A stretch of 64,000 bases of DNA from Rhodobiaceae bacterium (GCA_018660505.1 JABJKE010000034.1:23114-87113); one strand, 5' to 3'. Numbered from the stretch's first letter, positions 1 through 9,848 are shown. The notes: a model not told the origin generated them from the sequence alone. Numbers and translations are program-made.

Positions 1-1165
1 CAATCGCCTGCATCGCCATGGCTTGTTTGAATTGTTGAAGATTGCGGGCTTTATTCATGGCCATCCATTGCATGGGCTGGCGTATTTCTTGGTGCCCGGC
101 AAAGCGCACCGCATAAGTGCCATGCGCGGTCTCTAGGGCTGGCCCGTGTTGGCTGGTCAGCAGGGTGCGCGGTATCGGCAGGTAGAAATTGCCCAAGAGT
201 TTCAGCTTCAGCCAAACCCGACGGCGCTCAAAAGGCACGCGCGCGCCATCGAGCCAATAGTCATCGCCAGCTCGTTGCAACTGATAGATATCCACAAGGT
301 CGGGCTTATTCACCGTCACGCCCCAGCCGATATCGGGGTTGAACCCTTTGGCGATAAACGGCAAGCCGGGAAAAATACCGCCATGCATGTCCCAGCCTTC
401 GTCGCTTTTCACATGCGCTTCATACCAAGCCACGGGCCCGTTTAGGGGTTGGTGCGAGTTGATGATAATGCGGGTGCTGCCATCGTCGGATTTAGCGCCA
501 TTCATCGCAAAGGCATTGGAGCCAACGGGCAGGCCCGCGGCGCCAATGTGGCGCGAGAGGGCGTTGTCGGGCGCTTGGGCCAATTCGCGTTGCGGGCTAT
601 CGGCGAATAATTCGCCAATGTGGCTTTCAAACCCATAGAACAAGAGGTGCTGTAGCGAGAAACCGACGGCCAGGTCTTTGCCGCTCATGGGGAATAATTT
701 CGGGTCGGCCTCAAACGGATGTCGGGCCGCGTAATAATTCATACCATCGGCATAGGCTTGGAGATGGGCGCGAATTTCTGGCGTTAAAACGGTTTCATAA
801 TGGGTCTCGACATAGGCCTGCACGTCTAGCCATTGCACCAGATAGTCGATGGGCAGGCCATCTATGCCAAGCTTGCGGCCCATTTGGCCACGGTAAAATG
901 GCATTAGCGATTGCATGGTTTCAAAATCATCTTCGGCTTGGGCATAGGCCAGCCCAAAGGCGACATCGGCATCGCGGGCGCCATAGATATGCGGCACGCC
1001 AAATTCATCGCGGATAACTTCTACCGAATAGGTTTGCGCCCGCGCTATGGCCGCTGTCGCGTCCCAAGCGGCGCTGCGCCAAGCCTCGATGGCCAGATTT
1101 AAGACGGCCAAAAGCGGCACCACCGCTAGGCTGAAAATCCAGATTTTACGAAGAACCCCAAACAT
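1..1165 (-). CDS. penicillin acylase / acyl-homoserine-lactone acylase family (Ntn hydrolase), N-terminal part; gene continues beyond window start
   Basis: Own minus-strand translation from ATG at 1165: MFGVLRKIWIFSLAVVPLLAV... (signal anchor). I saw no stop down to position 2. Contains ...GLPVGSNAFAMNGAKSDDGSTRIIINSHQP..., the Gly-Ser-Asn nucleophile context typical of this family. Absent from the ORF track because it is open at the window edge. Confidence 0.7.
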   Translation of the reverse strand, partial: MFGVLRKIWIFSLAVVPLLAVLNLAIEAWRSAAWDATAAIARAQTYSVEVIRDEFGVPHIYGARDADVAFGLAYAQAEDDFETMQSLMPFYRGQMGRKLGIDGLPIDYLVQWLDVQAYVETHYETVLTPEIRAHLQAYADGMNYYAARHPFEADPKLFPMSGKDLAVGFSLQHLLFYGFESHIGELFADSPQRELAQAPDNALSRHIGAAGLPVGSNAFAMNGAKSDDGSTRIIINSHQPLNGPVAWYEAHVKSDEGWDMHGGIFPGLPFIAKGFNPDIGWGVTVNKPDLVDIYQLQRAGDDYWLDGARVPFERRRVWLKLKLLGNFYLPIPRTLLTSQHGPALETAHGTYAVRFAGHQEIRQPMQWMAMNKARNLQQFKQAMAMQAI

Positions 1166-1311
1166 AAACGCCGCTCCCAAATTTCTGTTGCATGAATAGC
1201 ATATTGCAAGGCGAGGTTGAAGCGGGCTTGATGGCGCGGCTTTCCCCCGCCTTTATATTTAGGCCGATTTATTTACGTATGGCGGGCGCGCAACTCTGCT
1301 ATAAGCCGCCT

Positions 1312-2532
1312 ATGAGTGATATTCAAAGTGACGAAAAATTCGATGTAATCATCGTCGGCGCGGGCGCCGCCGGGCTGATGTGCGCCATTGAGGCGGGCAA
1401 ACGCGGCCGCAGCGTTTGGCTGATCGACCATGCCACGAAGATTGCCGAGAAAATTCGCATCTCGGGCGGGGGGCGGTGCAATTTCACCAATACGCGCACC
1501 AAGCCAGACAATTATCTGTCGAATAATCCGCATTTTTGCAAATCGGCGCTCAAGCAATATACCCAGCATGATTTCATCGCTTGGGTGGAAAGCCATAAAA
1601 TCGCCTATCACGAAAAAGCGCTGGGGCAATTATTTTGCGATGGTAGCGCGCAAGAAATTATCGACATGTTGCTCGCCGAAGCGGCCGCCGCGGGCGTGCA
1701 ACTGGATATGCAAACCGAGATTACCTCGGTACAACGCAGCCCTGAGGGCGAGGGCTTTACGCTGGTCACGCAATCGCAAAATTCTGGCGCGCCGCTGACC
1801 ACGCTTTGCGAGTCCTTGGTTATCGCTGCGGGCGGGCTGTCGATTCCGAAAATTGGCGCGACGAAATTTGGCTATGACGTGGCGCGCCAATTTGGCCTCG
1901 CCATCGTCGAGACCCGCGCCGCTCTGGTGCCGCTAACTTTCCAAGCCGATTTGCTCGACCGCTGCAAAGCCATGTCGGGCCTCTCGGTCGATGCTGTGGT
2001 CAGTTGTCAGAAAGCCAATTTCGAAGAAGCCATGCTGTTCACCCACCGCGGCCTCTCGGGCCCGTCTATCTTGCAAGTGTCGTCTTATTGGCGCGAGGGG
2101 ATGACGATTAAAGTTAATCTGGCGCCCAAGGTGGATGTGACGGCGCATCTTTTGGCGCGCAAAAACGAGGGCGTGAAGCTAGATGTCGCCAGCGTGCTGA
2201 ACGAGCTTTTGCCGAAAAAACTAGCGCAAGATATGTGCCAAAGCCAAAACCTAACGGGCCGTTTGGCCGAGGCAAGCGACGCCAAATTGGCGCAGCTGGG
2301 CGCGGCGGTAAACGATTGGGAGCTTATGCCCGCGGGCTCGGAGGGCTATCGCACGGCCGAGGTGACTTTGGGCGGCGTCGATACCGATGCGCTATCGTCA
2401 AAAACCATGCAGGCCAAAGACCATGCGGGCTTATATTTCATCGGCGAAGTGGTCGATGTGACGGGGCATTTGGGCGGCTATAATTTCCAATGGGCTTGGT
2501 CGTCTGGCTATGTCGCGGGACAAAACGCCTAG
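1312..2532 (+). CDS. NAD(P)/FAD-dependent oxidoreductase, HI0933/BaiN-like flavoprotein
   Basis: ORF 1192..2532. Internal ATG at 1312 gives MSDIQSDEKFDVIIVGAGAAGLMCA (Rossmann GxGxxG). ISGGGRCNFTN and C-terminal GGYNFQWAWSSG motifs are typical of the family. Confidence 0.8.
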   Translation: MSDIQSDEKFDVIIVGAGAAGLMCAIEAGKRGRSVWLIDHATKIAEKIRISGGGRCNFTNTRTKPDNYLSNNPHFCKSALKQYTQHDFIAWVESHKIAYHEKALGQLFCDGSAQEIIDMLLAEAAAAGVQLDMQTEITSVQRSPEGEGFTLVTQSQNSGAPLTTLCESLVIAAGGLSIPKIGATKFGYDVARQFGLAIVETRAALVPLTFQADLLDRCKAMSGLSVDAVVSCQKANFEEAMLFTHRGLSGPSILQVSSYWREGMTIKVNLAPKVDVTAHLLARKNEGVKLDVASVLNELLPKKLAQDMCQSQNLTGRLAEASDAKLAQLGAAVNDWELMPAGSEGYRTAEVTLGGVDTDALSSKTMQAKDHAGLYFIGEVVDVTGHLGGYNFQWAWSSGYVAGQNA

Positions 2533-2633
2533 CGGGGAGCGGCAAAACGCGCTACCACGCTCCCACTTCTGCTCCCACTTTTATTCCCACTCCCAAATCT
2601 CGATTTCCATACCCTTTTACAAGCGAGCCAATT

Positions 2634-4235
2634 ATGTCCTCCGCCTTTTCCAAATTGCAAAATTATATCCTCGGCGTGCCGCTCCACCAGCCGCCGCAAA
2701 GCCTCACAATCTCGCAAGTGCGGATGGATGTTTTGGCCGGCCTAACCGTCGCCTTGGCGCTGGTGCCAGAAGCGGTGGCTTTTGCTTTTGTGGCTGGCGT
2801 CGACCCGCTGGTCGGCCTTTATGCGGCCTTTCTGGTGGGCCTGATAACCGCCGCGATTGGCGGACGTCCCGGTATGATTTCCGGTGCCACGGGCGCGCTG
2901 GCTGTGGTGATGGTGGCTTTGGTGGCGCAACACGGCGTGCAATATTTATTCGCCACTGTGGTGCTGATGGGAATTTTGCAATTACTGGCAGGCGCGCTTC
3001 GTTGGGGCAAATTTATCCGCATGGTGCCGCATCCGGTGATGCTGGGGTTTGTGAATGGCCTCGCCATTGTCATCGGTCTGGCGCAATTAGAGCAGTTTAA
3101 AACCACCAATGAGATGGGCGTCAGCCAATGGATTGGCGGTTTCGAGCTGCTGGCCACAGCCGGTCTGGTGGTGGCGACAATGGCGCTGATTTATGCGACG
3201 CCCAAATTAACCAAACTCATTCCCGCGCCCTTGGCGGCCATTGGCTTGGTCACCGCCGTGGTGCTTGGATTTGATATCCAAGTGCCGCGCGTCGGCGATT
3301 TGGCCAGCCTGTCTGGCGGCCTGCCGAGTTTTGCCATTCCCATGGTGCCGTTCACGCTAGAGACTTTGGCGATTATTTTCCCTTACGCGGTTATTCTGGC
3401 GGCCATTGGGCTGATTGAAAGCCTGCTGACGCTCAACCTCGTGGGCGAGATTACCGAGCAACGCGGTGGCGCGTCGCAAGAATGTATGGCGCAAGGGGCG
3501 GCCAATTTGGCGACTGGCTTTTTTGGCGGCATGGGCGGCTGCGCGATGATTGGCCAATCGATGATCAACGTAAATTCGGGCGGGCGAACGCGTATCGGCG
3601 GCCTTGCGGCGGCTTTGTTTCTCTTGGTGTTTATCCTCTTCGCCTCGGGGCTGATTGAGCAAATCCCGATTGCAGCCCTCGTCGGCGTTATGTTCATGGT
3701 GGTCATTGGCACTTTCGCGTGGAACTCGCTGAAGACGCTTTTCAAAGTGCCGCGCGCCGATGCGCTGGTGATTATCGTGGTGACCATTGTCACTGTGGCA
3801 GAAGATTTAGCCATTGCCGTGGTGGTGGGCGTGATTATGTCGGCTCTGGTTTATGCGTGGAACGCGGCTAAACGCATTCACGCCTCCAAGCGCCCGTCGG
3901 CGCGCGAAAAGGGCGCGATTGTCTATGACATCCAAGGGCCGTTGTTTTTTGGTTCGGTAACTGGCTTTCGGCAATTATTTGATATGGCCGAGGACCCGGA
4001 CACAGTGATTATCGATTTCGCCGCCTCGCGCGTGGTCGACCAATCGGCCTTGCAAGCGATTGAGGATGTGGCGGATAAATATAACGACTTGGGCAAACGC
4101 GTCATGCTGCGGCACTTATCGCGCGATTGCCATCGCCTGCTGAGCAAAGCCGGCCAGCTGATGATAGATAGCGACGACGACCCAGACTACGGCGTGGCAG
4201 TAGATTATGACATCAACCTCGGGGCTTTCCGCTAG
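2634..4235 (+). CDS. SulP family inorganic anion (sulfate) permease with C-terminal STAS domain
   Basis: ORF 2490..4235; likely start ATG 2634 (MSSAFSKLQNY). Multi-TM core with DVLAGLTVALALVPEAVAFAFVAG motif and a soluble C-terminal STAS-like tail (VYDIQGPLFFGS...). Confidence 0.85.
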   Translation: MSSAFSKLQNYILGVPLHQPPQSLTISQVRMDVLAGLTVALALVPEAVAFAFVAGVDPLVGLYAAFLVGLITAAIGGRPGMISGATGALAVVMVALVAQHGVQYLFATVVLMGILQLLAGALRWGKFIRMVPHPVMLGFVNGLAIVIGLAQLEQFKTTNEMGVSQWIGGFELLATAGLVVATMALIYATPKLTKLIPAPLAAIGLVTAVVLGFDIQVPRVGDLASLSGGLPSFAIPMVPFTLETLAIIFPYAVILAAIGLIESLLTLNLVGEITEQRGGASQECMAQGAANLATGFFGGMGGCAMIGQSMINVNSGGRTRIGGLAAALFLLVFILFASGLIEQIPIAALVGVMFMVVIGTFAWNSLKTLFKVPRADALVIIVVTIVTVAEDLAIAVVVGVIMSALVYAWNAAKRIHASKRPSAREKGAIVYDIQGPLFFGSVTGFRQLFDMAEDPDTVIIDFAASRVVDQSALQAIEDVADKYNDLGKRVMLRHLSRDCHRLLSKAGQLMIDSDDDPDYGVAVDYDINLGAFR

Positions 4236-4313
4236 GCTTCGCGCGGCGCGCATATTGACACCTATGGCGCCAAAACCTAGGGTTTGTGACGAAAACCAGA
4301 GGGAGCGAAGAGG

Positions 4314-5252
4314 ATGAAGAAGCGCCAAACGCCAGCTGCTCGATTTGATAAATTACCCGAGTATGATTTCGCCCCGCATTTCGTCACCCTAGATGACGGC
4401 GAGGGCGGAACGCTCGATATGCATTACATCGAGGCCGGCCCCGCCGATGGGCCGCCCGTCGTGATGATACATGGAAATCCTACGTGGTCTTTCATGTGGC
4501 GCAAACTGATGCCGCGGCTGGCGGCGGCGGGATATCGGGCCATTGCCATTGATTTAATTGGCATGGGGCGCTCTGACAAGCCAACCCGTATGCGCGATTA
4601 TACGATTAAGCGACACGTCAAATGGGTCGAGCAGGCCTTGTTTGAAAAGCTAGATTTAAATGGCGTGCATTTTGTTTTGCATGATTGGGGCGGCATTATT
4701 GGCCTTCGCGCCATCGCCAACCATCAGGTTCGCGTGGCCAGCATCACCTTCTCGAATACCGGGCTTCCGGTGCGCGACCCGGCCGAGAAAATCACCAAAA
4801 TGGCCATGCCAGGAGCTGGGTTTTTACGCAGCTTTCAGCTCTATGTGCGGTTTAACCCGATGTGGCGGCATTGGAAGCTTTTGGCGCGTCTGCTGGTCAA
4901 AAAACCATCGCCCGACGTGGTGGCCGGCTATGCCGCGCCTTATCCCAATTGGCGCTATCTAACGGGCAATCGGCAATTTACCCAAATGCTGCCCACGCGG
5001 TTTGATAATCCAATGCTCATCGATAATTTTCAGGCTCGTGAAAAACTGCGCGATTTCGACAAGCCATTTTTGTGCCTGTTTTCCGATAAGGATCAAGTGG
5101 CGCCAAATGGGCATAGGTCCGTGCGCCCGTTTATCGCGGGCGCGGCGCGTCGCGAGCCGGTGATTTTAAAAGGCGGCAGTCATTTTCTGCTAGAGGATGT
5201 GCCCGAAGACTATGGCGATGCGCTGCTGTCGTTTCTCACAGAAATTCGCTAG
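4314..5252 (+). CDS. haloalkane dehalogenase-like alpha/beta hydrolase
   Basis: 312 aa. HGNPTWSFMWRKLMP and nucleophile elbow HDWGG motifs are characteristic of haloalkane dehalogenases. Confidence 0.7.
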   Translation: MKKRQTPAARFDKLPEYDFAPHFVTLDDGEGGTLDMHYIEAGPADGPPVVMIHGNPTWSFMWRKLMPRLAAAGYRAIAIDLIGMGRSDKPTRMRDYTIKRHVKWVEQALFEKLDLNGVHFVLHDWGGIIGLRAIANHQVRVASITFSNTGLPVRDPAEKITKMAMPGAGFLRSFQLYVRFNPMWRHWKLLARLLVKKPSPDVVAGYAAPYPNWRYLTGNRQFTQMLPTRFDNPMLIDNFQAREKLRDFDKPFLCLFSDKDQVAPNGHRSVRPFIAGAARREPVILKGGSHFLLEDVPEDYGDALLSFLTEIR

Positions 5253-5260
5253 CGCTTCGG

Positions 5261-6415
5261 CTAAGTTTTTGCGCCCCAAACCTCGCGGTTATCGCGCCGC
5301 TCGACGCGCCGCGTGCTGCGCGCGTGCAGGATGCGCTCTAAGCCCGTCTCGCGCAGCAGAGCCTCAACGCTGTCGCGGTCGCTGTCTTGCAGGGCATCAT
5401 AGGCATCTTGAATGCGTTGCAACATGAATATCCGATAGGGCATCACCATGGCCTTGACGGTTTTCCCGCGCCAAGCGAAGTCGCAAAAGCCAATATGGCG
5501 GGTGGTTTCTTTGCCGCCAATCATATCGCCCTCGCTGATTTGCGTATCTTGCAGGTATTGATTTTGCACGTCGACCATAGCCTCAATCTCTGGCAAATAG
5601 TCGCTGGCCACACGCCGCAAAAGCGTTTTCAGCGTATCTGGAATCTCATCTTCGGCCATCAGGCTTTCGTTGCGGCCAATAAATTCAACCATATCCGGCG
5701 ATGGGTTGCGCATCCGCTCGGTCCAGCGAAACAGCATGGGGGCTTTTTGTTGCATCAAGCGCAGCGGGTGCGGGTCGCGGCCCAAATGGGCGAACAGCGA
5801 AGCGAATAATCCATAATCGCCAATCGTCGGGGCGCCGCCCAACAGATAGGGCTGGGCTGAGAAATGCGCGTCAAATTCGGCCAATATCTCGTGATAGGCG
5901 GCTTCGATATCGGGCATGATTTCTGGCGTCACGCCAAAAGCAACGGCGGCTTTGCGCATACGGCCCGCCGCGTGTAGCGCCATGTCGCGGCGCTCGTCGG
6001 CTGGCACATGCGGCATGGCAAACAGGCCAAATTGCTGCAAAATGAAGTCCAGATTATCTTCGTCGAAATTCCAGCGGTAATGCATGGCAGGTCGCAATAG
6101 GCCTTCGCCGCCGAACATCTCCATAATCAAAGAGCTGACCAGATGACGCGGCGTTTTCGGATAGGCCGAATGTTTGGCCCTGCCGCGGCTTTCAAACCAA
6201 TCGATAATATCTGTGCCATCTTGCACAATCTCGCCATCGGGCGTCGTCATAACCGGAATAATCCAGCGGCCAAGGGCGGGCTGAACGGTGTTTTGAAAAA
6301 CCGGGTCGGCAGGGGAAATATCTTCAAAGGCAATGCCCTGCTTAATCAAATAAGCCCGCGCTTTGCCCGAATAGAGAGACACGCTCCACGAATATAATCT
6401 AAATAAATCGCTCAT
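5261..6415 (-). CDS. glutathione S-transferase-like protein (long form)
   Basis: 384 aa. N-terminal thioredoxin-like GST fold (LYSWSVSLYSGKARAYLIKQGIAFEDI). Function not resolvable further. Confidence 0.55.
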   Translation of the reverse strand: MSDLFRLYSWSVSLYSGKARAYLIKQGIAFEDISPADPVFQNTVQPALGRWIIPVMTTPDGEIVQDGTDIIDWFESRGRAKHSAYPKTPRHLVSSLIMEMFGGEGLLRPAMHYRWNFDEDNLDFILQQFGLFAMPHVPADERRDMALHAAGRMRKAAVAFGVTPEIMPDIEAAYHEILAEFDAHFSAQPYLLGGAPTIGDYGLFASLFAHLGRDPHPLRLMQQKAPMLFRWTERMRNPSPDMVEFIGRNESLMAEDEIPDTLKTLLRRVASDYLPEIEAMVDVQNQYLQDTQISEGDMIGGKETTRHIGFCDFAWRGKTVKAMVMPYRIFMLQRIQDAYDALQDSDRDSVEALLRETGLERILHARSTRRVERRDNREVWGAKT

Positions 6416-6425
6416 GGCGGGCCCC

Positions 6426-7063
6426 TTAGAAGGTCAGGTAAATCAGATGCGATAGAGAGGAAAGGCTAATCAAAACCAAAGCGAGCCAGACCCGAGGCGA
6501 GGGCATAAGGGTGGATAGCGTTTCCACTGGCAAAGCCAAAGTGCTCTCTAAGGCCAATTGCTTATAATTATGCACGTCGTAAAACTTCGGGTTGGTGATG
6601 GCCTTCATCAAATCGCGACGTGAGCGATATCGCATCAGGCCGATAATCTCCCAGCCCGGGTTGGCCTCAACCCCCCCCAATCTTCAATATAGTCGGCCTG
6701 AATGCGCGCGGTATAGGCCGGATAGCCAGCCGCTTTTAAAATCAGGCTGGCGAAAGGGCGGAAGTAGCTTTGCAAAAGCCTGGCCCCCGTGGTGGTTTCT
6801 CCGGTCGCGGGATGTTGAATATCTGCGTCGGGAAATTTTATCAGATTCAGCATGAAAAATTCGCGGCCACTATCGCTTCGCATGAAGTCTTCCAGAACCG
6901 ACATTTTACTCTCGCCTTCCTCCGTTTCTCTGGCTTTTAAAGCGGCCAAGAAGGCATCTATCTCATGCGGCTTTAAGGCGCCGCGCCAATTTTTATGCCA
7001 CGCGAGAAAGCCGATATAGAGAAGCAGGCTCAGCAACCAAAAACTTGCGGGTAATATTTCCAT
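6426..7063 (-). pseudogene. membrane-anchored hypothetical protein split by a frameshift at a G8 (plus-strand C8) tract
   Basis: ORFs 6635..7063 and 6426..6680 are adjacent on the minus strand. They overlap exactly at CCCCCCCC 6671..6678. Adding one G joins ...ADYIEDWGG to VEANPGWEIIGLMRYRSRRDLMKAITNPKF... in one frame. Confidence 0.6.
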
Positions 7064-7292
7064 GGGGGCTCCAAAGACTATTGAAAAAGGACAGGACCTA
7101 GAGCCAAAAAGCTAACAGATTGCCAAAAGGGCGTAAATACAAGCCTTTCATGCGGGCCGCAAATAAAGCTAAGGTGAGCAGGAGCGGCGGTAAAATGCAC
7201 GGCGCTTGGGTTAGCTTCCAGATTTACATGAGATATATTCATGTTATGTTGGAAACCTGACGAGTTAAAAAGTTGGTTTTGTGGAGTTTTAA

Positions 7293-7793
7293 GTGCGCGT
7301 TATTATAGCTATCTCTCTGAGTGTTCTATTGGCCTCTTGTAGCGAAATGTTTGTTTCTGAATATTTAAGAGCTGGCATTAAACTGGCCAATAATCCGGTC
7401 GAGTTGGCGGAAGACTATTACGAAAAAGTGCGCGCCGACAAGCTGCGGTTGCGCCGCCAGAAAAACCTAGAAGCCCTCAAGGCAGAGTTTGATTTGCAAG
7501 AATGCGGCGCCGTTTACTTCTGGCTGAGCGAATATTATCGGCGTCATAACGAAGGCAAGAGTTTCGACGCCGATGTGATGACCCGCAAATATACAATTAC
7601 CGGTATCGACCGAATGTTCCTCGGGCGGGTTATTCAAACGCGAATGGGCGATGGCATGGCTGTCTTGCCGCTTGGCAAAACGCCAGACGTAAACTGGCTG
7701 ATGCATAATAAGCGGCTGTGCGATGAAGTGTATAGCGATCGGGTGACGCAAAACCCCAAATTTGCCGCCCTTTTTGACCAGTCAGACTTTTAA
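7293..7793 (+). CDS. hypothetical lipoprotein
   Basis: GTG start. MRVIIAISLSVLLASCSE has a signal peptide plus lipobox (LLASC). Lies in an AT-richer stretch. I recognise no family. Confidence 0.5.
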   Translation: MRVIIAISLSVLLASCSEMFVSEYLRAGIKLANNPVELAEDYYEKVRADKLRLRRQKNLEALKAEFDLQECGAVYFWLSEYYRRHNEGKSFDADVMTRKYTITGIDRMFLGRVIQTRMGDGMAVLPLGKTPDVNWLMHNKRLCDEVYSDRVTQNPKFAALFDQSDF

Positions 7794-7810
7794 GAGAAAG
7801 GGTTGCCCCT

Positions 7811-8008
7811 ATGAATTGGGTCATTGTTTTTGTTATGATTGCCGGCACGCCAGGGGCGCCGCGCGATATCGAATATGTGCAAACCAAACAGCGGTTTTTA
7901 GAGATTGAAGTCTGTCGCGAAAAAGCGTCGGAGCTGAATGTATACGCAGAAATGCCAACCATTGATAACGGATTGCTGCATCAATATTATATGTGTGTCG
8001 CGATTTAA
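7811..8008 (+). CDS. small hypothetical protein (65 aa), N-terminal hydrophobic segment
   Basis: The ORF stop overlaps the next gene's start (TAATG at 8006..8010), suggesting translational coupling. No recognisable family. Confidence 0.3.
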   Translation: MNWVIVFVMIAGTPGAPRDIEYVQTKQRFLEIEVCREKASELNVYAEMPTIDNGLLHQYYMCVAI

Positions 8009-9021
8009 TGAACCCATCCGATAAGCCGCCCGTCGCCATTATTGGCACTGGCCTCGCGGGCTTGGCATGCGCCGATGGTCTGGGGCAAAAATTCGACGTG
8101 TCGCTGTTTGATAAATCGCGGGGTCTGTCTGGGCGATTGTCCACGCGGCGTGCGCAGGCGCACACATTCGACCATGGGGCGCAATATTTTCGGGCCGAGA
8201 GCGCCGCCTTTCAGCAATGGCTGAAGCCGTTTGAGGCGGCCGGGCATGTGCGCGACTGGCAACCGCGCCATGTCACGATTGCGGCCGATGGCAGTAAAAC
8301 CACGCGGCCGGACGGAGCCGCCAAGAAAGTCTTCGTTCCTGGCATGAGCGCGATTGGCAAGGTTTTGGTGGCGGGGCGCCCGCAGTGGAACCTCTATCTG
8401 GATTGCGGTATCGATGCGGTAGAGGGCCAAGCCGGAGCTTGGATGTTGCGCGCTGGCGAGAATAGCTTTGGCCCGTTCGAGCACCTTGTCTTCGCCATTC
8501 CGCCCGAGCAGGGGCTGGCGCTTTTGCCTGTCGAGACGCATTTTACTCCGGCTTTGGCCAAGACCCGAATGTTGGGCTGCCATACGTTAATGTTGGGCTA
8601 TGCGGCCCATGAGGCGCCCCAACTCGACTGGGCGTGCGCGCATTTTGAAGATGACGTGTTGGGCTTCGCGGCGGTAAATACCAGCAAGCCAGGGCGAGGC
8701 GAGGGGTTTTCCTTGGTGCTGCAAACGCGCCACGACTGGTCGCAGCGCCATATGGAAGATGATATAGACAGCGTAAGCGCCACCATGAAAGCGCGGTTTC
8801 AAGCCCTGACGGGTGCCTCGACCCAAGCCTCGGGCTATGACCGCATGCATCGATGGCGCTATGTTTCGGCGCAGGTTTTCGCGGCGACGCCAGAGCAGCC
8901 GTATTTGCTGGATACGCAGCTAGGGCTTTGCGCGATTGGCGATTGGTGCCTCGGCTCGAAAGTAGAGGATGCTTTTGTAAGCGGCATGTCGCTGGCGACA
9001 CGCCTTGGTGGTTTGGGGTAA
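8008..9021 (+). CDS. NAD/FAD-dependent oxidoreductase (renalase/amine-oxidase-like)
   Basis: ORF 7993..9021; ATG 8008 gives MNPSDKPPVAIIGTGLAGLACA (dinucleotide-binding GxGxxG). C-terminal GDWCLGSKVEDAFVSG motif. Confidence 0.7.
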   Translation: MNPSDKPPVAIIGTGLAGLACADGLGQKFDVSLFDKSRGLSGRLSTRRAQAHTFDHGAQYFRAESAAFQQWLKPFEAAGHVRDWQPRHVTIAADGSKTTRPDGAAKKVFVPGMSAIGKVLVAGRPQWNLYLDCGIDAVEGQAGAWMLRAGENSFGPFEHLVFAIPPEQGLALLPVETHFTPALAKTRMLGCHTLMLGYAAHEAPQLDWACAHFEDDVLGFAAVNTSKPGRGEGFSLVLQTRHDWSQRHMEDDIDSVSATMKARFQALTGASTQASGYDRMHRWRYVSAQVFAATPEQPYLLDTQLGLCAIGDWCLGSKVEDAFVSGMSLATRLGGLG

Positions 9022-9056
9022 GCTTGTAGCGCGCCTGTTTTTGGAAGGCCCTATTT

Positions 9057-9542
9057 TTGGAAGGAATGGCTGTGTCTATCGAACAAGAATTATCGCCGCC
9101 GGAGCATGCCATCTATATGGCGTCGAGTTTCTACGCCGAGCTTACGGCCAATGCGACGCCAGACGAGGCGCTTATTGACCTCATCGAAAAACTAGAGCCG
9201 CGCGCGCGCGAGGTGCATTTTGTTACCGCCTGCGGGTTAAAAACCAATTTCACGACGGTGCATGAGTTTCCGCTAGAGCTTGCGGAATATGCGGAGACGT
9301 CGATTGGTCATTTAAACGACATCGTCTATTGCCACGCGGCCTTAGTGCAAATCCTGCGGGCGCAAGAGGTTGCCTATCAGTTTTCCGACGAAATAGAACT
9401 GAGCCATAAAGTGGAGCAGGTGGTTGCAGCGATTACGACCGAGCTATTGGCTATTCTGACGCAAGAAGAGAAGGGCGAGGCGATTGGGGAAGAAGCCTTC
9501 GCGACGCGTCTCTTGGCGAAATTACATGCGGAGCCGGGCTAG
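9057..9542 (+). CDS. hypothetical acidic protein
   Basis: 161-aa ORF (TTG start; alternative ATGs at 9066 and 9117). Rich in Glu/Asp. No motif recognised. Confidence 0.4.
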   Translation: MEGMAVSIEQELSPPEHAIYMASSFYAELTANATPDEALIDLIEKLEPRAREVHFVTACGLKTNFTTVHEFPLELAEYAETSIGHLNDIVYCHAALVQILRAQEVAYQFSDEIELSHKVEQVVAAITTELLAILTQEEKGEAIGEEAFATRLLAKLHAEPG

Positions 9543-9554
9543 CCCGCGCATCAG

Positions 9555-9848
9555 CTAGATGTCGCTTCGTATCTCGAATGTGCGGAAGGCGGGTGCGGCG
9601 GCCAGCATTTCACTGACGCTATCGACCAAGCCTGTCTCGACACGCCATCCGATGTAGTTTTGCTGATGCTGTGAACTTTCCCAAATCTCAACCAGCAGAA
9701 GCGTATGGGTCTCGGGTTCATAATAGCTTTTGATATCTTGGCATCCGTCATAAGCACGGGTGTCGGGCAATATTTCTTTCATGGTCTGGATTACTGTTTC
9801 CGCCGCTTCGGGTTTCATTTTAAACTCAGCCGTTACCATTACTGTCAT
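9555..9848 (-). CDS. antibiotic-biosynthesis-monooxygenase (ABM/Dabb) domain protein
   Basis: ORF 9555..9896. ATG at 9848 is preceded by GAGGAG. About 97 aa, MTVMVTAEFKMKPEAAE...LLLVEIWESSQHQQNY pattern typical of ABM ferredoxin-like fold proteins. Confidence 0.55.
   Translation of the reverse strand: MTVMVTAEFKMKPEAAETVIQTMKEILPDTRAYDGCQDIKSYYEPETHTLLLVEIWESSQHQQNYIGWRVETGLVDSVSEMLAAAPAFRTFEIRSDI

Noticed and set aside
2490-2633. Upstream extensions of several track ORFs, which use the earliest ATG/GTG/TTG. Examples: 2490 for SulP, 1192 for the flavoprotein, 22539 for pyrE, 46268 for glyA, 41524 for the acyl-CoA dehydrogenase and 25757 for rnc.
   Set aside because: The extensions overlap the preceding gene or encode low-complexity, non-conserved-looking sequence. 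Internal ATGs with RBS-like sequences give canonical N-termini.
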